Shown here piece by piece: positions 32,391 through 41,438 of a DNA stretch of 64,000 nucleotides. The notes below the pieces were generated by a model, which was not told where the DNA came from, ran no database searches, and saw only the letters and a program-made list of their open reading frames with translations. A program made the position numbers and the translations under genes. Each line of letters begins with the position of its first letter. The stretch's first letter is position 1. The stretch comes from Candidatus Magasanikiibacteriota bacterium (lineage in GTDB: Bacteria; Patescibacteriota; Patescibacteriia; Magasanikbacterales; GWA2-37-8): positions 67 through 64,066 of the forward strand of contig JAHFHX010000005.1 in the NCBI GenBank assembly GCA_023246655.1. Direction: 5' to 3'.

Positions 32391-33647
32391 TTAACTAAAT
32401 TTTTTTTCCATTCTTTCGTAATCCGCTTGAACAATCTCTTGTATTGCTTTATAAGGAACGCCAAGTGCAACACGTGTTTGCGTAAAGCATCTCTTAAAAC
32501 CACTAATATTGTTTCGAAGATACAGTCTCCGTAACTCATTAAGTCGGCTGACGATGGGCGGTTCATCAAAAATTTTTTCAGGATCAGGCAAATTTGCTCC
32601 TTTGATTTTTCGTAGGTACTCAACCAGCGCATTAAATTGGTTTTCAATATCTATGGAAGGAAATTTTGTCACCGCTTCTTCTAAATTAAGATCATATTTT
32701 TCTTTAAGAATTTTTTCCAAACGGGCAACCACATCAGAAAATCTTTGTTGTTCTCCGTTTACGCTCCCGGACTCATTAGCTGATCTCTGGTCAATGAGTG
32801 CCTGTAATTCTGCAACAAGAACAGTGATTTCAGGGTCACTCTTCATCGCTTTTCGTCGTGGATCGTTAAGGATTCGTAGAATGTTGGGCAATACTTCTGT
32901 AGACCCAGGAGTCTGTAGTCTATCAATTGGGGATGGTTCGGCCGTGAGCTGGGCAACCAAGTCATTAATATAACGTCCTCGTGCTGCCTCAATCTCTATT
33001 CTCTTGGTACGAGCGGTTACAATATCGTAGTGGCGCGCAACATTTTTTATAAATTCTTTTATCTCTCCTACCAACCTCCGTTTTCCCCGATGAGGAAAAT
33101 GTTGAGTATATGGTGCAAGGGGAGCAATATGTGCAGTGAACTCAATCGTGTCACCGAGAACACGAAAGTTAAGGTTATAGTTACCATCGCCGTAAGAAAA
33201 AACATAACCACGGTCTGGTTCTTTGTGATAGAGCGGTTCCCCCAGACCAGGAATTTTGAGGTCAATTGAGTCTGCGCCAATATGAAACTCGTGTGTTAAC
33301 TTATTATAGCGACCAATGTCCACCGTTTGATAATCTAACGATCGCTCCTCATAGAATTGCGACAAAGCGTTAGCCAGAGAATCCTGACATTGCTCAAGTC
33401 TTTGGCTTAAATCAGCAAATAATACAGGATATGTATCATCAGAGGCACGCGAGAGATTGCCCAAATCTTGGTCTAAGATATCAAGCGGGTGAAGCCAGAG
33501 TTGTATCTGACGTTGAGGAACCTTAGCTTCTTCAGTGGCTTCAATAAATACTCGCCGGGCTTCTAATAGTCGCGTGTGGAGTGATTCAGCTTGAAGTTCG
33601 CGAGGAGTTTTCTCCGTTACTAATGGTGTATCTGATCGTTCACCCAT
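32391..33647 (-). CDS. Hypothetical protein
   Basis: 418-aa ORF, no recognised motif. Confidence 0.7.
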   Translation of the reverse strand: MGERSDTPLVTEKTPRELQAESLHTRLLEARRVFIEATEEAKVPQRQIQLWLHPLDILDQDLGNLSRASDDTYPVLFADLSQRLEQCQDSLANALSQFYEERSLDYQTVDIGRYNKLTHEFHIGADSIDLKIPGLGEPLYHKEPDRGYVFSYGDGNYNLNFRVLGDTIEFTAHIAPLAPYTQHFPHRGKRRLVGEIKEFIKNVARHYDIVTARTKRIEIEAARGRYINDLVAQLTAEPSPIDRLQTPGSTEVLPNILRILNDPRRKAMKSDPEITVLVAELQALIDQRSANESGSVNGEQQRFSDVVARLEKILKEKYDLNLEEAVTKFPSIDIENQFNALVEYLRKIKGANLPDPEKIFDEPPIVSRLNELRRLYLRNNISGFKRCFTQTRVALGVPYKAIQEIVQADYERMEKKFS

Positions 33648-33662
33648 ATACTTGGTTTTGGT

Positions 33663-34298
33663 CTATAATGAGATTATTTTTTTTAATTCTTCGTACGCTT
33701 GTTTTACATCCTCCCCCCACACGAGTGCACTGCCCGGGTAAACGATGTCTGCGCCAGCCTCTTCTAAACCTTTAATTGTAGTCGCGTTAACGGCGCCGTC
33801 TACTCCGCACAAAGGTCGGGGAGTTAAGCTGGCGAACATTTTAATTTTTTCTTTAACTTTTTCCACAAACGGCGTACCCTGCTTGCCAGGATACACCGTC
33901 ATAAAGAGAATTAGGCTGACCAAAGAAAAGTAAGGCGCTACGTCTGAAAGCGGCGTGTCGGGGTTTAAGACCAAACCAGCCTCCCAACCATGCTCGCGGA
34001 TAAAGGCGATAATTTTTTTAGTGTTGCCAACCTCAATCGGGAAAATAACGCGAAACACTTTGTTATTACCTTCCCATTTTTTCATTTCCGCAATCGGATC
34101 GGCCACCATCAAGTGCAATTCAAATTTTAAAGGCGTTTGCAAATCTTTTAACTGGTCTACTTCCGCAAAAGATCTTGTTTCCACAAATTTTCCATCCATC
34201 ACGTCAACTTGAATGAAAGGGAAAAAGGGCTCTACGCGACGCAGTTTAGTAATAAAACCTTCAAATGTAGCCTCCAAAATGCTGGGGATGATGGTCAT
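33663..34298 (-). CDS. rpe: Ribulose-phosphate 3-epimerase
   Basis: QVDVMDGKFV, ELHLMV, MTVYPG.QG, VDGAV. Confidence 0.9.
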   Translation of the reverse strand: MTIIPSILEATFEGFITKLRRVEPFFPFIQVDVMDGKFVETRSFAEVDQLKDLQTPLKFELHLMVADPIAEMKKWEGNNKVFRVIFPIEVGNTKKIIAFIREHGWEAGLVLNPDTPLSDVAPYFSLVSLILFMTVYPGKQGTPFVEKVKEKIKMFASLTPRPLCGVDGAVNATTIKGLEEAGADIVYPGSALVWGEDVKQAYEELKKIISL

Positions 34299-34304
34299 AA
34301 TAAT

Positions 34305-34745
34305 TTATTTCTCAATCGCCGCAATTTTATTCATTCTCCGCGCATGCCGGCCACCGTCAAAACCAGACTCCAAGAATTTTTTTACAATCGCTACGGCATG
34401 CTCATTAGAAAGTACGTCGCCGCCGAGGCACAATACGTTCCCATTGTTGTCCCTGCGTCCATACTCGGCCGCTTCAATGCTGTAACCGATAATGGCGCGA
34501 ATGCCTTTTATTTTATTAGCCGCAATGTTCGTTCCATTTCCCATCCGGCAAATTACTATTCCTTGGTTATTTTTACCTTTCGCGACCTTCCGAGCCAAAG
34601 GGATTATATAATCTGGGTAATCATCATCCTTATCATATTTTTTTGGCCCCAAATCAACCGCCTTTTTTTTAAGCTGGGTTTTAAGATAACGAATAAGGTA
34701 TTTTTTAAGCTGGAATCCTCCGTGGTCGGTAGCGATGTAAAGCAT
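34305..34745 (-). CDS. rpiB: Ribose-5-phosphate isomerase B
   Basis: DHGGFQLK, DDYPDY, ANKIKGIRA, GGRHARR. Confidence 0.93.
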   Translation of the reverse strand: MLYIATDHGGFQLKKYLIRYLKTQLKKKAVDLGPKKYDKDDDYPDYIIPLARKVAKGKNNQGIVICRMGNGTNIAANKIKGIRAIIGYSIEAAEYGRRDNNGNVLCLGGDVLSNEHAVAIVKKFLESGFDGGRHARRMNKIAAIEK

Positions 34746-34747
34746 AA

Positions 34748-34850
34748 TGTAAGCAGATTAAGCAGAGTAAGTTTGTAAGCAGATTAAGCAGAAATAACGT
34801 CGCGATTTTTAATCTGCCTATTCTGCTTACCTTGCTTACTAACTGGATTA
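34748..34850. repeat. Empty TAAGCAG/CTGCTTA hairpin upstream of rpiB start
   Basis: gtaagcagattaagcagagtaag...ttaatctgcctattctgcttaccttgcttac. Confidence 0.7.
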
Positions 34851-34887
34851 TTATATCTTTTTCCTCTATTTTTGGCAACCTCAAGAA

Positions 34888-34990
34888 AAACAAAAAACCA
34901 CCGTTTCCCACGGTAGGTTTTTTGTCTCGTTTGTGCCCGTCTGCAACGCTAGCGCTAGCTTAGCGGGCAGGCACAAGGTGAGATGCCCGG
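34888..34990 (-). repeat. Conserved 3' motif plus terminator, copy 2 (with a 36-nt palindromic insert)
   Basis: ttttttgtctcgtttgtgc[34937-34972]acaaggtgagatgcccgg. Confidence 0.75.
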
Positions 34991-35067
34991 CGTTGTTGCC
35001 TGCCGGGCGAAGACGCCATTTTGAGAACGTGTGTGGCGCACGGTTGCGGTGGAGGGTCATTCAGCGA

Positions 35068-35784
35068 TCACCCGTCGCGCTTGCGGGAGACGAGCACCCG
35101 GTAGCTCATGGAGATGGGGATCTTAGACGGGAAATCGTAGAACGCCAAGATGCGGTTGTCGCCGCGGCCCATGAGACCCGGCACGCGCAGGTGGTAACGG
35201 CCCGAATGCCACGAGTGGTCCCTCCACGCGACGATGGGCCGACGGAGCTGTGCTTTGGGATTGGCGGCGGCGAAGGCGAGGAGCTCGGGGAAGCCCTCGA
35301 GCTGGTATCCTTTCTCCTCGATCTCGGCGATGCCCTCGAGATCGTTGATCGTACGATCGAACTCGTACAGCTCCAGGTCGACCTTGCGGATGCCCGTGCC
35401 CTCGATCGGGAGCATTCTGGGGGAGAGCTCGCCGCCGGTACCGCTGATATCCTGGTCCGCGGCCTTCAGCAGGCCTTTGAAGCCGAGATCGAGGTTGACC
35501 AGAGTAGGATAGATGTGCTTCTCGCTGCGCCCGATCCCGATGCCGATCAGTATGGTCTGCTGCAGAGCCGCCTGGAAGGCGCGCCCAGCCGATCCCGCCT
35601 CACCGGCGCTCTTGGCGATGGATTTGATGAGGTCGGAGTGGGGGTTGTCGCCGGGGAGCTTCGGCTCGTGGCTGGAGATGAACTCGGAGCCGTCCTCGGT
35701 GAAAGTCGTTCGGAACTCCTCCTCGGGTAGGTCCGAGAGCACCAGGCTGTAGTTGTCGTCCGTCTTCAGGATGTTCATCCTCAT
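35068..35784 (-). CDS. GC-rich hypothetical protein
   Basis: SD-like AAGGG before ATG 35784; ELLAFAAANP.....PIVA motif. Confidence 0.7.
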   Translation of the reverse strand: MRMNILKTDDNYSLVLSDLPEEEFRTTFTEDGSEFISSHEPKLPGDNPHSDLIKSIAKSAGEAGSAGRAFQAALQQTILIGIGIGRSEKHIYPTLVNLDLGFKGLLKAADQDISGTGGELSPRMLPIEGTGIRKVDLELYEFDRTINDLEGIAEIEEKGYQLEGFPELLAFAAANPKAQLRRPIVAWRDHSWHSGRYHLRVPGLMGRGDNRILAFYDFPSKIPISMSYRVLVSRKRDG

Positions 35785-35816
35785 GGTCGTTCCCTTTCTG
35801 GCCAGGTTCAACTGGC

Positions 35817-36155
35817 CTACCAACTGGAAGACTGGTTGGCGATGAGCAGGTAGAGGTAATTCTCAGCGAAAGAATCAGGACTGATCCTCCCTCCGAAGCC
35901 GAGGAAGAGGGGGTCGCTGGCCCCCGGCATCTCGCCAGGCTCCACACCGAGGGCCACGATCGTTCCCTCGTCAGCGATCTGGGGACGGTACTGCTGGAGT
36001 GCCTTGAGGTGGCGCCGACTCGCGAGCGTGAAGTGGTGCCTCTGCGCGATCTGCCGGATGATGTCGGCGTCGTTCCGCCGGGCAAGGATCAAGCAGGCAC
36101 GCACCACTTCATGGTCGACTATGAGCTCGATGCTTCTAGCACCGTAAGGGGTCAT
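35817..36155 (-). CDS. GC-rich hypothetical protein, possible paralogue of the C-terminal domain of 35068-35784
   Basis: SD GGAGG before ATG 36155; HLKALQQYRP.....TIVALG. Confidence 0.65.
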   Translation of the reverse strand: MTPYGARSIELIVDHEVVRACLILARRNDADIIRQIAQRHHFTLASRRHLKALQQYRPQIADEGTIVALGVEPGEMPGASDPLFLGFGGRISPDSFAENYLYLLIANQSSSW

Positions 36156-36513
36156 GACGTCCTCCTCTCTTTTCTTTGCCGGGACCCATTCCCAGCCTCC
36201 AGCCAATTCTTTTATAAGAACTCGCTGGAGGCCAGGACTATGTCCAGCAGAGAGCCACCAGGCTATTCTGCTGGGTTTTGTAAAGAACAGTGTTTCACTG
36301 CGGAAACTAGTGAGTATACGTTATTTTTACAATCTTGTCAATATATACCAATAGATAGTAAGTATAATTTTGGCTTATTTTAAATAAAAATATAGAAATA
36401 TACAAAATATGTCGGAATAACTTGACATATTTTTGAGAATGTGCTATACTATAAACACTTATTCCCTCACCCTCTGTCCCTCTCCCGGCGGGAGAGGGAC
36501 ACTTGTGGCCACT

Positions 36514-37284
36514 ATGCAAACCATTAATTTAGAAAATCTTAAAAAATTGGGGCTAAAGCCCAATGACGCCGCTGTTTATCTAGCTCTTTTAGAGTTGGGG
36601 AACGGCACGGTAACGGAAATTAGCCATAAAGCCGCCTTAAACAGAACCACTGGTTACGATATTTTGGAACGATTATGCCTGTATGGTATTGTTGGTCGAG
36701 TCACTACTGGAAAGAAGAAGATTTATGCCGCGGAATCGCCCACCCGTCTCCGGCAATTTTTGGAAAATAAAAAACAAGTGGCCGAACGGCGCCTCGAGGA
36801 TCTAAAAACTTTGCTGCCCGATTTGCAGTCGCTGTATAAAACTGAACTCAAACCCACGATCAAGTTTGCCGAGGGCAAAGAGCAGATGGAAAAAATATAT
36901 AATGATGCCTTAGAAACCAAAGGCCCCATCTATTCCATTTTGAATTTAAAAAATTATGCGGAATTTTTTGAAGAAGCCGGAACTAAACAGTCCATTGAGC
37001 GTGCCAAGCGTGGTATTAAAGAAAAAGTGTTATCTATAAAAAATGAAACTGCACTCGCCTGGCACGAAAAAACATATAAAGGCAAGAAAAAATTACAAGC
37101 GCATACGGAATATCGCTGGATCGAGCAGAAGAAAGAATATTCCACGGCTGGAGAAATTAATGTATTTGATGATAAGGTTATTGTGATGCTTTCCCGCCCC
37201 GATGAAAATGCGGCTTTTGAAATTCAAAGCCAAACGTTTGCAGACTTTTTGAAAATTGTGTTTGAACGGGCATGGAATGGTTGA
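36514..37284 (+). CDS. TrmB-family transcriptional regulator
   Basis: LKKLGL..NDAAVYLALLELG wHTH; INVFDDKV effector domain; start ATG 36514. Confidence 0.88.
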   Translation: MQTINLENLKKLGLKPNDAAVYLALLELGNGTVTEISHKAALNRTTGYDILERLCLYGIVGRVTTGKKKIYAAESPTRLRQFLENKKQVAERRLEDLKTLLPDLQSLYKTELKPTIKFAEGKEQMEKIYNDALETKGPIYSILNLKNYAEFFEEAGTKQSIERAKRGIKEKVLSIKNETALAWHEKTYKGKKKLQAHTEYRWIEQKKEYSTAGEINVFDDKVIVMLSRPDENAAFEIQSQTFADFLKIVFERAWNG

Positions 37285-37371
37285 TAATTTAGATTTGACA
37301 AATTAGTGAGAAAGGTTACTTTTACAAAATATAATATAAGAATCAAAATAGAATTTTAATCTATCATACCT

Positions 37372-37815
37372 ATGGCTGGAGAAGGCGGAGGAGAACAGAA
37401 CGCAATTGATTCCGGACTTCATTTTCCAAGCTTTGAATATTCAACGTGGGCAACGAGACGTGGAAGCTGACCGCCAAGAGCAATTTGCCGATGATCCTGA
37501 AGCACTAATGGAATTTGGTAGAGTTATCCTTGAACTTGAACACCAAGTGCGTCGTATTATTGACGATGCTGCGCAAGTTCAAACTGCAGTTCAACAACGT
37601 ACTGTCAGACTTTAGAGATTGTCAGTAACGTACGTAACCTTATAGCCAGTTTGAGAAAAGGAGAAGACAAATCTCACCACCTACTCTTCCGGTTAGGCGA
37701 GTTATCTGATGGGGCGAGGCTAGAGGAAGTTTCTGATTATCTTAGTGGACTAGATAAGTATTTAGACGCTTTGGCACGGCGGTTAGGTGCTAAGGATTTT
37801 GGTGAAAGAGGTTGA
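37372..37815 (+). pseudogene. Probable doubly frameshifted hypothetical gene
   Basis: ATG 37372 (frame 1), then ORF 37406-37615 (frame 2), then open frame 1 to TGA 37815. Confidence 0.4.
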
Positions 37816-38075
37816 CAAGTGGAATAAGATCAACTATCATGTAATAAAGCGTTATCACCCGTAATCAGCGGGGAGCTGGAGGCAGAACTCCGTCAGTCGG
37901 AAAGTAGATCCTCCCGGGTACGCCCGTTATAGCAGTAATTAAGTAAAAGCACAAGATGGTACCGTCTGCGGCTTGCCGCACCCCGAGCGCAGCCCTCGAG
38001 CAAAGTCGAGAGGCCGAAGTCGAGGGGTCGTCAAATCATGGACTCTTGGCACGTGGAAGCGTGCTTTTTAATTTT
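37812..38075 (+). promoter_or_regulatory. Promoter and Ile T-box riboswitch upstream of ileS
   Basis: TTGACA-17-TATCAT; specifier ATC 37908-37910; GCCCGTTA; antiterminator CAAGA-TGGTACC-GTC...GAC-TCTTG; hairpin gcacg..cgtgc plus T-run. Confidence 0.8.
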
Positions 38076-38162
38076 CAATTTACAATCAAGGCCCAATATA
38101 TCAATGATGCCTTCAAAATTCATTGGAAATTGAAAATTATAAATTGAAAATTTTTACAAACT

Positions 38163-41100
38163 ATGTACAACGCCAACACCGAAGAACAAAAAATTCTCGA
38201 ATTCTGGAAAGAAAACAAAGCTTTCGAAAAATCTGTCCAAAATCGTCCCGAAGATAAACCCTACGTTTTTTATGATGGTCCACCATTTGCCACCGGTCTC
38301 CCACACTATGGGCATATTTTAGCTTCCGTTATTAAAGATGTGGTGCCGCGTTATTGGACCATGAAAGGCTACCGCGTGCCGCGCAAGTGGATTTGGGATT
38401 GTCACGGGCTCCCGATTGAGAGTTTGATTGAAAAAGAATTGGGTATTTCATCTAAAAAACAGATTGAAAATGAATTTGGCGTAGATAAATTTAACGACGC
38501 CTGCAAATCTAAGGTGCAATTATATGTTGGCGAATGGAAAAAAATGGTAGAGCGTATCGGTCGCTGGGTAGAATATGATAATTCCGCCAAAACTATGGAC
38601 CCAACCTATATGGAATCGGTCTGGTGGGCCCTCAAAACCATTTGGGATAAAGGCCTCATCTACGAAGGTCGGAAAGTCCTTATGTACTGCCCGCACTGCG
38701 AAACGCCCGTCTCCAAGGCAGAGATTGCCATGGATAATAGCTATAAGGATATAACGGAAGAGTCCGTCACCGCGAAGTTTAAATTAAAAAATAAAAATGA
38801 AAAAATAAAAAATATTGAAGGCGATATTTTTATACTCGCGTGGACGACAACGCCGTGGACATTGCCGGGGAATGTGGCGCTGGCGGTTGGGAAGGATATC
38901 TTTTACTCAGTCGTCCAAGCGACTAATGGAGTATATATTGTTGCGTCTGACCGAGTGGAAAAAGTTTTTGCTGGAGAAACAGTTGAAGTCCTGAAAGAAG
39001 TGAGAGGCGTGGATTTGGCTGGCTTAGAATACGAGCCGCTTTTTGACATGCCGGCCATGCAAGAAACTGGCAAGAAGGCATATTATGTCTCAACGGCCAA
39101 TTTTGTCACGACCGCTGATGGTACCGGTGTCGTCCATACGGCCGTGATTTATGGTGAAGACGACTATAATCTTGGCCTCAAACTCGATCTGCCCATGGTA
39201 CCAATGTTAAATGAGAGAGGGGAGTTTAATGAGGTGGCACCAGAATTTCTCCGCGGGGCTTATTTCAAAAAAGCGGAGAAAGAAATTAAGAACGACCTCG
39301 AAAAACGTGGTTTATTATTTTCCCGCGAGCAATTCACGCACTCCTATCCGCATTGTTGGCGCTGCAACACCCAGCTTATTTACAACGCTATTTCCGCATG
39401 GTTCATTAATATTCAAAAAATTAAAACTCGTCTCATTGAACTCAACCAAAATATTAATTGGTACCCAGAGCACTTGAAAGAGGGTCGTTTTCTGAATATC
39501 CTTGAGACAGCACCAGATTGGAATATTTCCCGTAATCGCTACTGGGCGACGCCGTTGCCGTTTTGGAAATGTAGTCGAAAGGAACAAGGAACAAGGAACA
39601 AGGAACAAGGTGATTGCGACAACATTGTATGCATCGGTAGTGTCGCCGAGCTGAAAGAGAAAGCGACCAACTTTTCCGAAGTATTCCCGACCGACAATGT
39701 TGCCGAGCTGGATTTGCACAAACAGTTCATGGATAAAATCAAACTCAAGTGTGACCAATGTGGGGGAATAATGGAGCGCATTCCGGAAGTGATTGATTGT
39801 TGGGTAGAATCTGGTTCGGTGCCATTTGGGCCGTTGCATTACCCGTTTGAGAACAAACAGGAGTTTAAAGACAAATTCCCGGGCCAATATATTGCTGAGT
39901 ATATTAATCAAACTCGCGCCTGGTTTTATTACACGCATGTGATGGCGACGCTTTTGTTTGATTCTAATGCTTTTGAGAATTGCGTTACCACCGGTGAAAT
40001 CCAAAATGACAAAGGCGAAAAATTGTCCAAGTCAAAACGAAATTTTACTGACCCCTGGATTATTATTGAGCAGTATGGCGTTGATGCTCTCCGTTATTAT
40101 TTAATGACCAGCCCAGTGATGCTCGCGGATAATTTGTTATTCAACGACCGCGAAGTCAAAGATATTTATAACAAAGTCGTCAACATGCTCTCGAATGTGC
40201 TGGAGTTTTATCAGATGTACGCAGCACCAACTGTCATCCCGAGCGAGGCTCGCGCCGACGAGGGATCTCTGGCTCACTCGACGACGGACAGAGATTCCTC
40301 ACCCCTGCGACGGGGATTCGGAATGACAAAACATAGCAAACATATTCTCGATCGTTGGATTATGGCTAAACTCCATGAGTTAGTCAAAACCGTCACCGAG
40401 GAAATGGATAAATACAACACGGTAAAAGCCGGCCGGCCAATTAAGGATTTTATTGATGATCTTTCCACGTGGTATCTGCGCCGGAGCCGCGATCGCTTTA
40501 AGGGTAGTGACGAGCTCGATAAACAGCACGCTCTCCACACCCTCCGTGAAGTGCTTCTGGCACTCTCCAAACTCATGGCTCCGTTCACGCCGTTCATTGC
40601 CGAAAAAATCTATCAATCCCTACATTCCTACTCGCCTACCGCCCTACAACCCTCGGTTCACCTAGAAGATTGGCCTCAGTACCACGAAGAGCATCACGTG
40701 CAAGGCGTGCTTGATGAGATGAGTGGTGTCCGTAAAATGGTGGAACTCGGTTTGGCGCTCCGGGCTGAGAATAAAATTAAAGTCCGTCAGCCACTGTATC
40801 AATTAACAGTGAACAATGAACATTTATCACACGAACTCAAGAGTATCATTGCTGATGAGCTAAATGTTAAACAGGTTGATTTCGCTGAATTCGTTGAGGA
40901 GAATCCAGATTGGGTGAGCAAAGAGGACGGTAAGCCCAAAGTGTGGCTCAATATCAAACTTGATGAGCAATTAAAAAAAGAGGGGCTACTCCGCGAAGTG
41001 ATTCGCACTATTAACCAATTGCGCAAAGAGATGAAGTTGACGATTCAGGATCAGGTGGTAATTTTGTATTCAACTAATGATGCGGAGTTACAACAAGTAT

Positions 41101-41225
41101 TTACACAGTTCGCTGAAGAGGTTAAACGATCGGTACTCGCGAGCGACCTGGTGGCAAGCAAAGACATCGCAAAAGTTGAGATCGAAATTGATAAAAAATC
41201 GCTAAAATTAGAGATAAAAAAGTAG
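38163..41225 (+). CDS. ileS: Isoleucine-tRNA ligase (type 2-like)
   Basis: DGPPFATGLPHYGH, WTTTPWTLP, DWNISRNRYW, KLSKS; inserts at 39579-39610 and 40232-40328. Confidence 0.97.
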   Translation: MYNANTEEQKILEFWKENKAFEKSVQNRPEDKPYVFYDGPPFATGLPHYGHILASVIKDVVPRYWTMKGYRVPRKWIWDCHGLPIESLIEKELGISSKKQIENEFGVDKFNDACKSKVQLYVGEWKKMVERIGRWVEYDNSAKTMDPTYMESVWWALKTIWDKGLIYEGRKVLMYCPHCETPVSKAEIAMDNSYKDITEESVTAKFKLKNKNEKIKNIEGDIFILAWTTTPWTLPGNVALAVGKDIFYSVVQATNGVYIVASDRVEKVFAGETVEVLKEVRGVDLAGLEYEPLFDMPAMQETGKKAYYVSTANFVTTADGTGVVHTAVIYGEDDYNLGLKLDLPMVPMLNERGEFNEVAPEFLRGAYFKKAEKEIKNDLEKRGLLFSREQFTHSYPHCWRCNTQLIYNAISAWFINIQKIKTRLIELNQNINWYPEHLKEGRFLNILETAPDWNISRNRYWATPLPFWKCSRKEQGTRNKEQGDCDNIVCIGSVAELKEKATNFSEVFPTDNVAELDLHKQFMDKIKLKCDQCGGIMERIPEVIDCWVESGSVPFGPLHYPFENKQEFKDKFPGQYIAEYINQTRAWFYYTHVMATLLFDSNAFENCVTTGEIQNDKGEKLSKSKRNFTDPWIIIEQYGVDALRYYLMTSPVMLADNLLFNDREVKDIYNKVVNMLSNVLEFYQMYAAPTVIPSEARADEGSLAHSTTDRDSSPLRRGFGMTKHSKHILDRWIMAKLHELVKTVTEEMDKYNTVKAGRPIKDFIDDLSTWYLRRSRDRFKGSDELDKQHALHTLREVLLALSKLMAPFTPFIAEKIYQSLHSYSPTALQPSVHLEDWPQYHEEHHVQGVLDEMSGVRKMVELGLALRAENKIKVRQPLYQLTVNNEHLSHELKSIIADELNVKQVDFAEFVEENPDWVSKEDGKPKVWLNIKLDEQLKKEGLLREVIRTINQLRKEMKLTIQDQVVILYSTNDAELQQVFTQFAEEVKRSVLASDLVASKDIAKVEIEIDKKSLKLEIKK

Positions 41226-41438
41226 AACGTCTTGACAAAAGTATTCCCAGTGACTAAACTAGTGGTTTGAATTATCGAAGGAGACCAAATTCATACCACA
41301 CTACTTATGAGTTTGCATAACTCAGAGGAGCCCGATCCTGGTACGTGCAGCTACGAAAATAAAATTACTAAAGAATTCACTATAACCCAGCGAGTGCGAG
41401 TGGCCGTTGGGTTATTTTAATTCTAAAAAAATTATACT

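Noticed and set aside
34933-35730. 265-aa plus-strand ORF (and 22272-22814)
   Set aside because: These are antisense shadows of GC-rich minus-strand genes that have SD sites, promoters and recognisable motifs.
37372-37500. TGA-rich frame suggesting genetic code 25 (TGA=Gly)
   Set aside because: rpoC, trmH and others end at TGA at the expected positions, and long genes have no internal TGA, so the standard bacterial code applies.
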